Source: Okamejei kenojei (taxonomy: Eukaryota). Taken from it: a stretch of DNA of 64,000 nucleotides. A program made the translations under genes and the position numbers. The stretch covers positions 14,570,001 to 14,634,000 of the forward strand of contig CM069164.1 in NCBI GenBank assembly GCA_035221665.1, in the 5' to 3' direction. Below the pieces are notes generated by a model. It was not told the origin of the DNA and searched no databases. It saw nothing but the letters and a program-made list of their open reading frames with translations. Positions 62,711 through 64,000 of the stretch are shown here, one piece after another. Position 1 is the first letter of the stretch. Each line of letters starts with the position of its first letter.

Positions 62711-64000
62711 GATATTCCCTAGGACATTGAGGGAAGTTAGTGTAGAAATAGCAGGAGCTATGACAGAAATATTTCAAATGTCATTAGAAACGGGAATAGT
62801 GCCGGAGGATTGGCGTACTGCGCATGTTGTTCCATTGTTTAAAAAGGGTTCAAAGAATAAACCTAGCAATTATAGACCTATTAGTTTGACGTCAGTGGTG
62901 GGCAAATTAATGGAAAGGATACTTAGAGATAATATATATAAGCATCTGGATAAACAGGGTCTGATCAGGAACAGTCAACATGGATTTGTGCCTGGAAGGT
63001 CATGTTTGACAAACCTTCTTGAATTTTTTGAAGTGGTAACTAGGGAAATTGATGAGGGTAAAGCAGTGGATGTTGTCTATATGGATTTCAGTAAGGCCTT
63101 TGACAAGGTTCCCCATGGAAGGTTGGTTAAGAAGGTTCAATCTTTGGGTGTTAATGGCGGAGTAGCAAGATGGATTCAACAGTGGCTGAATGGGAGATGT
63201 CAGAGAGTAATGGTGGATGGCTGTTTGTCAGGTTGGAAGCCGGTGACCAGTGGGGTGCCTCAGGGATGTGTGTTGGGTCCACTGTTGTTTGTCATGTATA
63301 TCAATGATCTGGATGATGGGGTGGAAAATTGGATAAGTAAGTATGCAGATGATACTAAGATAGGTGGTGTTGTGGATAATGAAGTAGATTTTCAAAGTCT
63401 ACAGAGAGATTTGGGCCATTTGGAAAAGTGGGCTGAAAGATGGCAGATGGAGTTTAATGCTGATAAGTGTGAAGTGCTACATCTTGGCAGGACAAATCAA
63501 AATAGGACGTACATGGTAAATGGTAGGGAATTGAGGAATGCTGTGGAACAGAGGGATCTAGGAATAACTGTGCATAGTTCCCTGAAGGTGGAATCGCATG
63601 TAGATAGGGTGGTAAAGAAAGCCTTTGGTGTGCTGGCCTTTATAAATCAGAGCATTGAATATAGGAGTAGGGAAGTAATGTTAAAATTGTACAAGGCATT
63701 GGTAAGACCAATTCTGGAGTATGGTGTACAATTTTGGTCGCCTAGTTATAGGAAGGATGTCAACAAAATAGAGAGAGTACAGAGGAGATTTACTAGAATG
63801 TTGCCAGGGTTCCAGCAACTATGTTACAGAGAAAGGTTGAACAAGTTAGGTCTTTATTCTTTGGAGCGCAGAAGGTTAAGGGGGGACTTGATTGAGGTCT
63901 TTAAAATGATGAAAGGGATAGACAGAGTTGACGTGGATACGTTTTTTCCCATTGAGGGTAGGGAAGATTCAAACAAGAGGGCATGACATGAGAATTAAGG
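62711..64000 (+). mobile_element. Young CR1-clade LINE, ORF2 reverse transcriptase region, 5'-truncated, runs off the window
   Basis: ORF 62727..63986 (419 aa) with NYRPISLTS, QHGF, DFSKAFDKV, GVPQG, YADD and RRRLRGDLIE motifs; apparent frameshift near 63945. Confidence 0.96.

Overview
Eukaryotic, intron-rich DNA from a cartilaginous fish, probably a skate or ray (inferred from HE1/V-SINEs, shark-type CR1 LINEs and Penelope repeats). The + strand carries the last 15 coding exons of SPG11/spatacsin (equivalent to human exons 26-40, 1756-44551). The - strand carries six exons of EIF3J (equivalent to exons 3-8, 59428 down to 47742), tail-to-tail with SPG11 as in human. All 21 exons have AG acceptors, all internal exons have GT donors, and the phases join in frame. 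Exon numbers and human comparisons are from memory. The introns are filled with CR1 LINEs (one young copy with a 419-aa RT ORF), Penelope-like (GIY-YIG) fragments, tRNA-derived SINEs, TA-flanked MITEs and a Helentron-like element. The most notable signal is a family of 100-200 bp non-coding Penelope-derived mini-elements carrying a minimal hammerhead-ribozyme motif (CTGAAGA-stem-GAAACGTC). Four have clean 12-14 bp target-site duplications and three share the same 5' boundary. Two near-identical copies form an inverted pair around SPG11 exon 32, and one forms a 56-bp hairpin in the SPG11 3' UTR. Also seen: a 16-bp-period degenerate array at 7258-7495 and a YY1/NRF1/ZNF143-motif CpG patch upstream of EIF3J exon 3. 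Two N gaps are present. No database searches or computations were run.
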